Positions 18,766 to 29,003 are shown, counted from the whole stretch's first letter. The stretch: 62,318 bases of DNA, filler included, from an uncultured bacterium (GCA_964371695.1; 17 parts of 17 records of this genome joined end to end with filler, not necessarily neighbours in it), one strand, 5' to 3'. Notes: generated by a model from the letters alone, not told the origin. Numbers and translations: made by a program.

Positions 18766-18865
18766 NNNNNNNNNNNNNNNNNNNNNNNNNNNNNNNNNNN
18801 NNNNNNNNNTTAATTAATTAANNNNNNNNNNNNNNNNNNNNNNNNNNNNNNNNNNNNNNNNNNNN

Positions 18866-18988
18866 CCTTGGCGTGGCGAAAACCTCAACTTTTACAAAGT
18901 TTCGGCTTTCGGATGCGGTCATCCATGACCGCAAGAGCCTGCTTAAAATCAGACCATGTTCCACATGCCCTAATTTTAAAACAGGCTC
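18866..18988 (-). repeat. Partial copy of the GAGCCTGT-TIR MITE-like element
   Basis: Reverse-complement match to 50488-50607; truncated by contig start. Confidence 0.85.
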
Positions 18989-19118
18989 TTTGACATTTTT
19001 GAGATGGCTTCTGGCAGCCGGACGACACCCCCCCCGCCCGCCGGTAATTTTAGGATATGTCGCTAACCTAAAATAAGGCTCGTCCTTATTTCAGGCTTGA
19101 GCCCCTATCCTGATACAC

Positions 19119-21275
19119 ATGATCCGTTTCCAACCGGGGGCAGAGGCACCGCTGGGGCTGCTGCAGGTGCAGGTGGGCCTCAAGCCGGTGCTGAAGGTGG
19201 AGAATCTTTCCGCCGCTGTGGCCCGGCGGCTGGCGCAACAAGCGGCCCGCCTGGGTCTGGCCCAACACCGCGACGGCCCGGTGTTGTGGGTTTCCCGCGA
19301 AGCGGCCCTGGCCCGGTGCGCTGCGGACCTCACTCAGCGCGAGGCCGCAGGCGAGCGCGCCGCCACCGGCGAACTGGCGCGCCTGCTGGGTTACCCCCCC
19401 TGCTGCGGCGCGGTGTTCGCCAACTACACACCGCTGGACGACACCCGCGAGTTTGTCATGACCGCCTACTGGCGCACACGGGGGCGGTTTTATCCCGAAC
19501 TCAACAACCTGTCGGCGGATTTTCTCATCCACCACCAACCCTGTGGTTATGACTGCACCCCCAGTCTGGAACTGGCCCGGCGCTCGCTGGCATTGCTGGG
19601 CACACAGGAGGCGACACGGCGTTTGGCCGCCCTTTCGCGCCACGTGCTGTTTTTTGATCACGGCGCGTCATTCTGGCTGAAGGCGGGTGAGGCGCTGGAC
19701 AAGGCCGAGGTGCATGCTTCATCCCCGGCCCGGCGCAGGCAACTGCTCGCCCAACTTGGCGGGGGACCGCTCGTGCGCGGTGCGGGCCACTGGCGAGGCG
19801 TGCCAACCCACGATCGCCCACCCCTGCTGCTGCCCTTTGGCCAGGACTCGCCCGTGCGCAAGGCCCCGGCCCCCGTGCTGCTGGTGCAGACGGCGGACGA
19901 AAATGATCTGCCCCACCGCGCCCTGGCCCCCCTGCTGCTGGCAGACCTGCGCCTGATGGGAATCGCCGCCGCCGCCTGTCACCTGCACAACGGCAGCCGC
20001 ACCGAAAGGCTGGCCCCGTGGCTGCGGGAAAAGGGTTTCAACATGGCGCTTTTGATGGGGACGTTCGCCCCCGACTGGGGCACGGCGCTCGTGGCAGAAG
20101 GATTGGCCACATTGGGCGTGGCAACGGAAAACCCCTGGGCGGACCTGACCGTGCCCGCGCTGCACCGCCTGCTGATGCTGCGCCTGACAGACGCCCTGGC
20201 ACACGGCGAAATTTCGCCGGGGCGAGTGACGTTTGAGACATTGGGATTGACACCCGAAACTGTTTTTTCGCCCAAACACCACCAGCGCGACGACGCCCTG
20301 CTGAACACACCCGAAAGCCCCCGCGCCAAACGGCTGGCCGTGGTGCGGCCCGGTGCGGTGATTGAGGTGGCGAGCGTGTTGGGGGGCGGCCCCGCACCGC
20401 CCTGTGTGCTGCTGGCCCATCCTTCTGCCGCCGAGTTGAAAGCCGTTTTTCGCGGTCTGGAAAAAACGCCCCTGCCCGCCACCGGCTCTGAACTGGTGCT
20501 GCAACTCACAGCAAAAGAACAGACCGCGCTGTTGCCGTTGCTGGGCGCCGCCGCACCGTTTTGCAAAAAGCAGCACCTCACACTCACGGTGTTGCCGCCC
20601 CCCGGCGAAACCGGCGCGGCGCAAAAAAAACCGGCGTGGTCCATGCCCCTGGGGGCGGCCTATGAGCCGGGGCTGTGGCGCGTGGCGGTGCTCAAAAGCG
20701 TCTGCGAAAACCACTGCGCGCCCTGCGGGTTTGAGGCGCTGAAACCCCGCACGCCCCGCTTGTTTTCGCGGGCCAACGGTCAGAACGTGTTGTTCACCGG
20801 CCTGGACCCACTGCGCCACGCGGCCCTGGCGGAACTCACCACCGCCTGCCGCCGTTATGGCGCGCTGGAGGTGCGGGTGAAATCTCACGCCGGGGGCCTG
20901 ACGGCGGAACAGGCGCGGAACCTGCGCGCCGCCGGTGTGGACGGCCTGGACTGGTTCTGCCTTGGCCCCAGCGCCAGCGTGGCAGACGCCGTGGCCGGGC
21001 GCGAGGGGGCCTTCGCCGCGTCGCTGCGGGGGCAGCAGTACGCCCGCGCCGCAGGGCTGGTGGTGCGCCCCGTGATGATGGTTTTTCCCCGCCAGCTCAA
21101 CCTGGCTCGGCACACGCTGCTGTGGCTGAAAAAAGAGGGCTTCGATGAAGTGATTCTGCGGGTGCAGGGCGCGGGGCCAGAGGTTTTTTTCCGCGCCCTT
21201 TGCCAGCAACTGGGCGACGCCCTGGACCCCGCCCGCGACAAGCTGGACAACAGCCACCAGTGCGGGGGACTGTAG
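19119..21275 (+). CDS. Multidomain protein: DUF483-like N-terminus fused to a C-terminal radical SAM domain
   Basis: LLGYPPCC and HHQPCGYDCTPSLELA at the N-terminus; CENHCAPC (CxxxCxxC, 20703-20726), FTGLDP and GREGAFAASLRG at the C-terminus. Confidence 0.7.
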   Translation: MIRFQPGAEAPLGLLQVQVGLKPVLKVENLSAAVARRLAQQAARLGLAQHRDGPVLWVSREAALARCAADLTQREAAGERAATGELARLLGYPPCCGAVFANYTPLDDTREFVMTAYWRTRGRFYPELNNLSADFLIHHQPCGYDCTPSLELARRSLALLGTQEATRRLAALSRHVLFFDHGASFWLKAGEALDKAEVHASSPARRRQLLAQLGGGPLVRGAGHWRGVPTHDRPPLLLPFGQDSPVRKAPAPVLLVQTADENDLPHRALAPLLLADLRLMGIAAAACHLHNGSRTERLAPWLREKGFNMALLMGTFAPDWGTALVAEGLATLGVATENPWADLTVPALHRLLMLRLTDALAHGEISPGRVTFETLGLTPETVFSPKHHQRDDALLNTPESPRAKRLAVVRPGAVIEVASVLGGGPAPPCVLLAHPSAAELKAVFRGLEKTPLPATGSELVLQLTAKEQTALLPLLGAAAPFCKKQHLTLTVLPPPGETGAAQKKPAWSMPLGAAYEPGLWRVAVLKSVCENHCAPCGFEALKPRTPRLFSRANGQNVLFTGLDPLRHAALAELTTACRRYGALEVRVKSHAGGLTAEQARNLRAAGVDGLDWFCLGPSASVADAVAGREGAFAASLRGQQYARAAGLVVRPVMMVFPRQLNLARHTLLWLKKEGFDEVILRVQGAGPEVFFRALCQQLGDALDPARDKLDNSHQCGGL

Positions 21276-21349
21276 GCTGGGGAAAGAAGAAGCTGGAAGT
21301 TGGAAAAAGAAAAGACCCTCGACTCACCCGCCTTTTCCCGTGACACCGC

Positions 21350-21500
21350 AGTGGCCACGGACGTCTCGCCTGTGGTCTCGCCCGCCTGAGCGCGAAGCGC
21401 GAAACTGTCGGGATCAAATATGAGAAGAAGCCAAAAAAACAGCGGTTTTTTGTTTTTCTGGATTCCCGCTTCCTGGGGAATGACGCCATCCAGGGCGGGG
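21350..21500. repeat. Cluster of degenerate GTAG-type and CGTC-type REPs
   Basis: GCCACGGACGTCTCGCCTGTGG; CTGGATTCCCGCTTCCTGGGGAATGACG (21458-21485). Confidence 0.7.
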
Positions 21501-21721
21501 CTACGGGAAAACCCGACAACAGTGGGGCGGTGCAGCGGTGCCACATCACTTGTGGTTATTCAATACGCGGGGCCTGCAGGGCAATTTCTGTCGGAAAAGT
21601 CAAGACAATCCAGGGCCAAATCACCCGAATTGCATGATGCTGATCACAAAATCAGCAAAAATCGCCTGCTGCGCGCAACTTTTTGGAGAATCCCACATAA
21701 AAAGCGCCCTAAAATGCCGCC

Positions 21722-22156
21722 ATGTCCCTCAAAACACACAAAATCATCCTCACGGCCGCCGCACTTGGTGTCGGGGCCTTTCTGGGGGCCCACCGGGCCC
21801 AGGCCGCCAGCGTGATGTCCCCTCCGCCCGGCGTTTACATCCCCCCGCCCGGCACACCCACGCCAGGGACACCGTCGAACAAGCCCATGATTAAACCCAC
21901 AGGAGACACGGACATCATCTTCAGCCCCGGCGCCAACCCGAACCCCGGGAATATAGGGGGCACGATGACCACCAACAACGTGACAGGGGTCATGCACCTG
22001 CCCGTTGGCGTGGACTCTTATGTGAAGCGGCTTGAGGAACGGGTGGCGGCGCTGGAGGCCATCGTTCAGAAACTCTCGCCGGGCTTCATGCCCGTGGCCC
22101 AAAACATGGAGTTGGCCAACCCCAACAACAGCGTCAAAATCATGAATATGCATTAA
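21722..22156 (+). CDS. Small secreted Pro-rich hypothetical protein
   Basis: Signal peptide ending AQA-A, PPPG repeats, short coiled coil VKRLEERVAALEAIVQKL. Confidence 0.75.
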   Translation: MSLKTHKIILTAAALGVGAFLGAHRAQAASVMSPPPGVYIPPPGTPTPGTPSNKPMIKPTGDTDIIFSPGANPNPGNIGGTMTTNNVTGVMHLPVGVDSYVKRLEERVAALEAIVQKLSPGFMPVAQNMELANPNNSVKIMNMH

Positions 22157-22166
22157 GAACCCCTAA

Positions 22167-22470
22167 GAGCCTGTTTGAAAAGTCCACGACGGACTTTTCA
22201 AACCCAACGCCAGCGGGGGCAAAGCCCCTTCTGGACTTCCCCTGACCGTTTTATTGAAGCAGACCCCTCGTCAGTTTTGATGAGGGGTTTTTTGCCCGTT
22301 TTTTGGAGTAGGCGCGACACCCCCGTCGCGCAACAATCAAAACAAAATCAGGGGTTTTTGCTCTTTACGGCGGTGGGGACACCTGTGGCTACTCACGCCG
22401 CCAAAAAGAAAACAGAAAAGGGTTTTGGGCTTTTGTTTTTGCCACAGGCGAGACGCCCGTGGCTACTACT
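22167..22470. repeat. Repeat cluster: MITE-like half (22167-22230) plus three GTAG REPs
   Basis: TAA-GAGCCTGTTTGAAAAGTCCACGACGGACTTTTCAAAC; 22405-22466 matches 51917-51975 in reverse complement. Confidence 0.85.
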
Positions 22471-22596
22471 GCGCGCCAAAAAATGGTTGTTCATGTNNNN
22501 NNNNNNNNNNNNNNNNNNNNNNNNNNNNNNNNNNNNNNNNTTAATTAATTAANNNNNNNNNNNNNNNNNNNNNNNNNNNNNNNNNNNNNNNNNNNN

Positions 22597-23392
22597 GGGT
22601 CAGGCTCAGCCGCGCCTGACCCACCTGGGTTCCCTTCAGCCCCAGTTCCTCCAGCAGTTTGCCCGCGCTCCTGTCGGGGGGGTTTTTGAAGGTGCTGCCC
22701 GCGTTGCTGCGAATGCCCAGGAACTTGCCCCGGCGGATGCGCTGGATCTCGCGGGTTTGCGCCACCAGGGTGGTCGGGTCTTGGGGGGGGGTGAAGGCAA
22801 ACCGGGCGCTGACGATGGGCAGGCGGTCGCGCCGGAAGGTGCTGGTGCGATATCCCCACATCACTTCGTCTTTGGCCAGCGTGATGAGACGCCCGCCGCT
22901 GGCGGCCACGGTGACCGAGAGAAGCTGATCGCTGGTGCTCATGCCATAGGCCCCGCTGTTGTTCACAATGGCCCCGGCCACGGTGCCCGGAATCCCCGCC
23001 AGACCGTCAAACCCCGCCACACCCCGCGCGGCGGCGGTTTTCACCAGGCGCGATAGCAGCACGTCGGCGTCTGCCCTCACCGTGTGGTTTTCTTCCCGCA
23101 GTTCTCCCTGCCCCATGAACAGTTTGACGACCAGACCGTCAAAACCTTCGTCGGGGAACAGGCTGTTGCTGCCGCCCCCCAGCACGATCACCGGCAGGCC
23201 CCGCTCGGCGGCGGCCTCCATCAGGGGGCCCAGATCCGCCACCCGGCCGGGTTGTGCCAGCAGCCGGGCCGGGCCGCCAATGGACAGTGTGGCGTGGTGC
23301 GCCAGCGGTTCATTCACCCGGAAGGGGATGTGTTTGTCTTCCAGAAAACGAATCAGCGCCTGCACGTTTTTTGATAAGAAAGCGGGTTTCAT
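22597..23392 (-). CDS. murB: UDP-N-acetylmuramate dehydrogenase (3'-truncated)
   Basis: IGGPA, LGGGSN, GIPGTVAGAIVNNSGAYG, WGYRTS, NAGSTFKNP. Confidence 0.95.
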
Positions 23393-23396
23393 GGGG

Positions 23397-24260
23397 TTAA
23401 TCGTCGAACAGCAGTGAGAAATCAGACCTGGGCGCGGCCCCGGTCAGCTCCCCGACGGAAATAATATCCACCCCTGGCCTCGCAAATTGTGCGAGGTTTG
23501 AAAGCCGCACGCCCCCGCTGATTTCCACGGTTTTCTGGTGGTTTATCAGGGCCAGGGCTTCATCCAGGGCCTCTGGCGTGAAATTGTCCAGCAGCAGCAT
23601 GTCCACCCCGGCCCCCAGGGCTTCGCGGATTTCCGCCAGTGTGGTCACCTCCACCTGCACCTTTAAATGATGACTCAGGCCCCTGCGCGCCCTTTCCACG
23701 GCGGGGCGAATGCCCCCGGCGGCCCGCAGGTGGTTCTCTTTGAGCAAAACCATATCATCCAGCCTCAGGCGGTGGGTGAGGCCCCCCCCCACGGCCACGG
23801 CGTATTTTTCCGCCGCCCGCAGGCCCGGCGTGGTTTTGCGGGTGGCTGCCACGGCCACCCCCGGCGGCAGGGCGCTGGCATAAGCCCGTGTGAGGGTGGC
23901 AATGCCGCTCAAGTGACCCAGAAAGTTGAGCGCCGTGCGCTCGGCCCGCAGGGCCGCCGCCGCCATGGCGCTGAACCGGCAGATGACCTGTCCCGACGCA
24001 AAGTCTGCCCCGTCGGCCAAGGTGTGTTCCCACTGGGGCGCGGCTTCTTCCAGTTCAAAAGCCAGACGGAAAAGGTCCATGCCCGCCAGCACGCCGCCGC
24101 TTCTGGCCAGCAGTGACACCCACAGCCGTTGGTCTGCCGCCGCCACGCGGGCCGAGACATCGCCCATGCCGATGTCCTCCATCAGCGCCGCCCGCACCAC
24201 CTGCACACACCACTGGCGGGGCAGGGGGGTGAGCACGGTTTTGGGGTCGGTTTTTGACAC
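23397..24260 (-). CDS. nadC: Nicotinate-nucleotide pyrophosphorylase (carboxylating)
   Basis: AERTALNFLGHLSGIAT, TRKTTPGLR, HRLRLDDMVLLKENH, QVEV, LLDNF, EISGG. Confidence 0.95.
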   Translation of the reverse strand: MSKTDPKTVLTPLPRQWCVQVVRAALMEDIGMGDVSARVAAADQRLWVSLLARSGGVLAGMDLFRLAFELEEAAPQWEHTLADGADFASGQVICRFSAMAAAALRAERTALNFLGHLSGIATLTRAYASALPPGVAVAATRKTTPGLRAAEKYAVAVGGGLTHRLRLDDMVLLKENHLRAAGGIRPAVERARRGLSHHLKVQVEVTTLAEIREALGAGVDMLLLDNFTPEALDEALALINHQKTVEISGGVRLSNLAQFARPGVDIISVGELTGAAPRSDFSLLFDD

Positions 24261-24355
24261 GGTGTCAGTTTAAGGCTTAAGGCTTCAGACGGTGCTTTGA
24301 GGTCTGTTTCCGTCGGATTTGTGGAAAAAGCTCTGAAATGACTAGGTTTTTTAAC

Positions 24356-24494
24356 GTAGCCCCGGCGTCTCGCCGGGAGTATTTCCCGCGCCAAAGGCGC
24401 GCACCGTGCAATATTTTCACTTTATTTATTGGAAAAACTTCTGTTTTGTGCCGCCTGCGGCGGTTTTTTTCTCCCGGCGAGACGCCGGGGCTAC
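24356..24494. repeat. 139-bp REPIN/MITE-like element with perfect 24-bp inverted GTAG-REP arms
   Basis: GTAGCCCCGGCGTCTCGCCGGGAG...CTCCCGGCGAGACGCCGGGGCTAC; relatives at 9233 and 33578. Confidence 0.9.
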
Positions 24495-24560
24495 CAGTCA
24501 CCTGACGCAATAGCCTTGAGGTCTGTTGGGGGTGTTTGAGGCGGCACTTGACAGGCCGGG

Positions 24561-25103
24561 ATGATTATTTACCATTTGGTCAACAAAATGCCGATTCTGG
24601 AGTCTTCTGCCCCCCCTTGTTTCAAGACCCACCTGCTGCGCATGGGTTTGGCGGCCCTGGTGGGGGCGATTGTGTTTGTGCTGGTGCAGGTGATGAGCGG
24701 TCTGCCCCCCATCACGGACTATCTGGGCGGCCAGATTGTGAAAAAGGGTGGTTATGCCCCTGGCTTGGCGCCCGTGATGGGCTGGGGCATTCATCTGGGG
24801 GTGAGCCTGCAATACGCCGCGCTGTTTGGCCTGCTGGCGTGGTGGCCGGGGCTGGGCAAAACCCGTGGGGTGCGGCTGGGTGTGACATTGGGGCTGGCCC
24901 TTGTGCTGGGCTGGCTCACCACGCTCGTGACCGTGCCCGCCATAGACGTGACCATCCGTTTGTTCAGCGGACAGGGGTTCCCGGCCAGACTGAAGGGGCT
25001 GAACACCAGTTTGGGACTGCCGTTCTGGAACCACCAGTTGTTCTTTGTGTTGTGCTGGTTGCTGCTGGTGGTCTGGCCCAATCAAAAAACGCCCAAAAAA
25101 TAG
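24561..25103 (+). CDS. Hypothetical integral membrane protein, about 4 TM helices (alternative start 24588)
   Basis: Four hydrophobic segments; GWGIHLGVSLQYAALF; FWNHQLFF. Confidence 0.75.
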   Translation: MIIYHLVNKMPILESSAPPCFKTHLLRMGLAALVGAIVFVLVQVMSGLPPITDYLGGQIVKKGGYAPGLAPVMGWGIHLGVSLQYAALFGLLAWWPGLGKTRGVRLGVTLGLALVLGWLTTLVTVPAIDVTIRLFSGQGFPARLKGLNTSLGLPFWNHQLFFVLCWLLLVVWPNQKTPKK

Positions 25104-25148
25104 CCAAAATGTCAGATTTTCGCCCTGGGTGGTAGACTGAGATGGTCC

Positions 25149-26123
25149 ATGGCCAACATTGGCTACATTCAGGTCAGCCGCCTGTGCAACCAGAAGTGCA
25201 TCTTTTGCTCAGCGCCGGAGCGGCCCGACTTTTTACCCCCCGAAGACGTGCTGGAGATGATCGACGGCATGGTGGCGCGAGATTATGTGGGCATCATCTT
25301 CACCGGCGGCGAACCCACGTTGTATGAGCCACTGCCCCAGGTGATGGCCCATGCCCGTGATCGGGGCGTGCAGGTGCGCATGATCACCAACGGCCAGAAA
25401 ATCGCCAACCGCCGTTATCTCAAGGAGCTGGTGGACGCAGGCTTGAACCACGTGAATGTCTCCACCCACAGCCACATTGCCCAGGTGCACAACGACTTGG
25501 TGATGACCCCCAACAGTCTGGCATTGCAGGTGAAAGCCTTTGAAAATCTGGGCGAGTTTGGTGTGCCCACCAACGTGAACACGGTGATCAACCGTTACAA
25601 CGCCGGTCACCTGGACAAACTGGTGGAGTGGATTGTCACGGATTTTCCCCATGTGAGCCATTTTGTGTGGAACAACATTGACCCGGTGATGAACCGGGCG
25701 GCGCGCAACGAGTTCATTGTGTCAAAGCTGCGTGATTTTGAGGTGTCGCTCTACCGGGCCATGCGGTTTCTGCGGGCCCACGGCAAAACCTTCCGGGCCG
25801 AGAAAGTGCCCCTGTGCTACATGACGGAGTTCGCCGAGTTCAGCACCGAAACACGAAAGATTGTGAAGCAGGAAGAGCGCACGGTGCATTTTCTCGATGA
25901 AAAAGGCGAAATCCGCCAGAACACCTTTTTTCACCACAAGGCCCCCCAGTGCCAGCAGTGCTCGCTCAACGGCATCTGCGCCGGGCTTTATGACATGGGC
26001 AACCACTATGACCCGGCGGAACTCTCGCCGCTGTTTGTGGACCCCGAACCCATCCGGTCACGGATTCTGGGGCGGGACAGACTGAAACAGGAAAAAGAGA
26101 AGACCCTTCAGGCGGCGGGGTAA
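25149..26123 (+). CDS. Radical SAM protein with C-terminal Cys-rich (Twitch/SPASM-like) motif
   Basis: CNQKCIFC, FTGGEPT, MITNG, VPLCYM, CQQCSLNGICAG. Confidence 0.9.
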   Translation: MANIGYIQVSRLCNQKCIFCSAPERPDFLPPEDVLEMIDGMVARDYVGIIFTGGEPTLYEPLPQVMAHARDRGVQVRMITNGQKIANRRYLKELVDAGLNHVNVSTHSHIAQVHNDLVMTPNSLALQVKAFENLGEFGVPTNVNTVINRYNAGHLDKLVEWIVTDFPHVSHFVWNNIDPVMNRAARNEFIVSKLRDFEVSLYRAMRFLRAHGKTFRAEKVPLCYMTEFAEFSTETRKIVKQEERTVHFLDEKGEIRQNTFFHHKAPQCQQCSLNGICAGLYDMGNHYDPAELSPLFVDPEPIRSRILGRDRLKQEKEKTLQAAG

Positions 26124-26133
26124 CCGGCCACCG

Positions 26134-26225
26134 TCACTTCACCGCCGCAAGGCCCGCCTTGGCCAGTTCCTCGGTCAGGGCGTCCAGCAGGTCTTCGGAT
26201 TTTACCTTGCGCAGGTTTTCGCCGT
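26134..26225 (-). CDS. C-terminal fragment, possibly IspG
   Basis: GENLRKVKSEDLLDALTEELAK resembles IspG C-termini; only 30 codons available. Confidence 0.4.
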
Positions 26226-26325
26226 NNNNNNNNNNNNNNNNNNNNNNNNNNNNNNNNNNNNNNNNNNNNTTAATTAATTAANNNNNNNNNNNNNNNNNNN
26301 NNNNNNNNNNNNNNNNNNNNNNNNN

Positions 26326-29003
26326 ACCTTTTGGTCTTGAAACAGGCTGCCGCAGACAAATTGGTGGTGAGCAATGTGGGCGGCCTGAGCGCCAGCGGTG
26401 GTCTGAGTGCGAGTGGTGACATCAGCACGGTTGGCAATCTCACTGCCGGGTTCCTTTATGGCGACGGCAGCGGTTTGACGGGTGTGCCTGCGGACGCCAA
26501 CAAGGTGAACAAGGGTGGCGATGACATGAGCGGCCAGTTGTCGATTGGCGTGAACCTGGGTGGTGCTGGTGCGTTGCAGCTGAATCAGGAAGGCAACGGG
26601 CCGGTGCTGAAGGGCGACACGGGCGGCACGGGTCCGCTGGTGCAGTTGCAGCAGACGGGCACGAACAAGTTTGTGGTGGAAAGCACGGGCGAGATCAGCG
26701 TGGTGAACGGCATCAACTCGACGGGTGTGATCACGGCAAGCCAGTTCGTCACGGCAGGCGGCGTCACCGCCCAAAATCTCACCACGACCAATTACCTCTC
26801 GGCCTCGGCTTCAAGCGGCGCGTGGCCCGCCCTGTTTGTCAATCAAAACGGCCCGGGCGACAGCGCCAGGGTGATCGCCTCCAGCACAGGAAAAGCACTG
26901 AAAGTGGATTCCTTGAACACGGGAAACAGCGCCGACCTGATTTATGGCGATCACGCAGGTACGGGGAACCTTTTGGTCTTGAAACAGGCTGCCGCAGACA
27001 AATTGGTGGTGAGCAATGTGGGTGGTGTGAGCGTGAGTGCCAACCTGAGCGCGAGTGGTGATGTGCAGGCCGCTTATTTCATCGGTGATGGCTCGCAACT
27101 GGCGAATGTTCCTGCCGATCCGGGCAAGGTGGCCAAGGGCGGCGACGACATGAGTGGCCAGCTGTCGATTGGTGTGAACCTGGGTGGTGGCGGAGCGTTG
27201 CAGCTGAATCAGGAGGGCAACGGGCCGGTGCTGAAGGGCGACACGGGGGGCACGGGCCCGCTGGTGCAATTGCAGCAGACAGGCGCGAACAAGTTTGTGG
27301 TGGAAAGCACGGGCGAGATCAGCGTGGTGAACGGCATGAACTCGACTGGCGCCATTACTGCGAGTGCCAGTGTGGCCAACGCAGCTCTTCTGGTGAATCA
27401 GGCTGGTGGTGGATTGGTGCTCCAGGCGCAGGTGGGGGGCCTGCCCGTGTTGGCGGTGCAGAACACAGGCCAGCTTTCTATTTCCAACGCCAACGACGCC
27501 GTTGTCCCCTTCACCATTCGCGCCCCCGCCAGCCAGAGCACATCGGTGTTTGATGTTTATACGGGCGGTTCAGCCCGGTTCTGGATGAGCGGCGCAGGCA
27601 CGCTGCACGTCAATTCAAACAACACGGCCACCCCCCTGTTGACCATGGATGCGCCCGCTGGCCAGTCTTCTCCGCTGGCTAAATGGACCGTGGATGCGCA
27701 AGACCGGGTTCTGATGGGCAACACTGGCACGCTCAGCATTTCCACCGGCGCCATTGGCGATGTGCCCCTTATGGTCAACCAGCCCACGGGTCAGGCAGGT
27801 GAACTTCTCAAACTGGCCGTGAACGGCACCGACAAGTTCAAAGTGCTCGCCAGCGGCGGCATTACCATCACACAAAGCGTGAACACCGAGCCGATGATCA
27901 AGATTGACCGCACCACCGCCGGTGGAACGCCCGTGTTGCTGGTGCAGGACAACAGCATTGACCGGTTTTCTCTCGGTAGTGGAGGTGAACTGACGCTCAA
28001 GCCCGCCAACGCGGTCAATGCCTACACCGTCCAAGTGCAACCGGGCTTCTCGGGGGATTACCTCAAGTTCCAAAAAGGCGCCACAGCGGTCACGGAAATC
28101 CTGTCCAGCGGCGCACTCAGCATGAGCACCGATGTGAACGGCGACACGCCCATCAAGGTGATTGCCCCCACCGGCCTCACCGCCAACATGCTCACCCTCA
28201 AAAAAGGCGCTGCCAACCTGCTGAACATTTCCAACAGCGGCCAAGTGACCATCAGCACCGACAACGGCACGGCGACGCCATTGACCCTTGTCGCTCCCGG
28301 CGCTTTCACCGCCAACCTGTTTGAAATCAAAAAAGGTCCCTCTACCCGGCTTGAAGTGGGCCCCAGCGGCGCACTCAGCATCAGCACAGACGCCAATGGT
28401 GTGGCGCCTGTTTTTGTCAATGGCCCTGCGGGACTCACCGCCAACCTGCTTGAAATGAACGTGAACGGTGTGCTGAAACTCAAGGTGAACAACAGCGGCG
28501 GGCTTTCCAGTTCCTCCATCGTTTCCGCCAGTTCCTTTGTGGCGGATACCGGCGGCATCAGGCTCAAAGCCTCTGGTCCCGGCTCCACGCCGCTGGATTA
28601 TTACGAAGAGGGGACAATCACCACGCCGACGTATCAGGGGGCCACCACTCCCGGATTCTGCACCTACAACTTTCGGAATAGTCAGTACCGGCGCATCGGC
28701 AGGATGGTGTTTGTGGACATCCACATCGATACGGCGTCCTGTGCCGGTGGCATCGCCGGGCGTGCGCAGATCACACTGCCCGTGAACTCGTCGGCGGGCG
28801 GCCAATACAGGCACTCCTGCTCCATCGGTTACTTTGGCAACCACACTTATCCCGCTGGCGAACATGTGGGGGCGCAAATTCTCAACAACACGAACATTGT
28901 TGAACTCTATTCGTTCCCTGCCGCCGGCACCGCTCCCAGCAACGTGGCGGTGGATGTCAACGGCTTTGTGTTGGACCTCAGTTGTTATTACCAAGTGGAT
29001 TGA
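26326..29003 (+). CDS. Large beta-rich repetitive fibre/adhesin-like protein (5'-truncated) with phage-tail-fibre-like C-terminus
   Basis: Internal duplication offset by about 620-640 bp; GDGSxLxxVP motifs; C-terminal LDYYEEGT..TP...YRRIGRMVFV. Confidence 0.8.

Noticed and set aside
22167..22470. CRISPR array in the palindrome-rich tracts (also 51818-52201)
   Set aside because: There is no run of identical direct repeats with uniform unique spacers and no cas genes; the units are heterogeneous REP/MITE types.
26326..29003. Prophage
   Set aside because: A fibre-like domain alone is insufficient; no capsid, terminase, integrase or other phage genes appear on this contig or elsewhere in the window.
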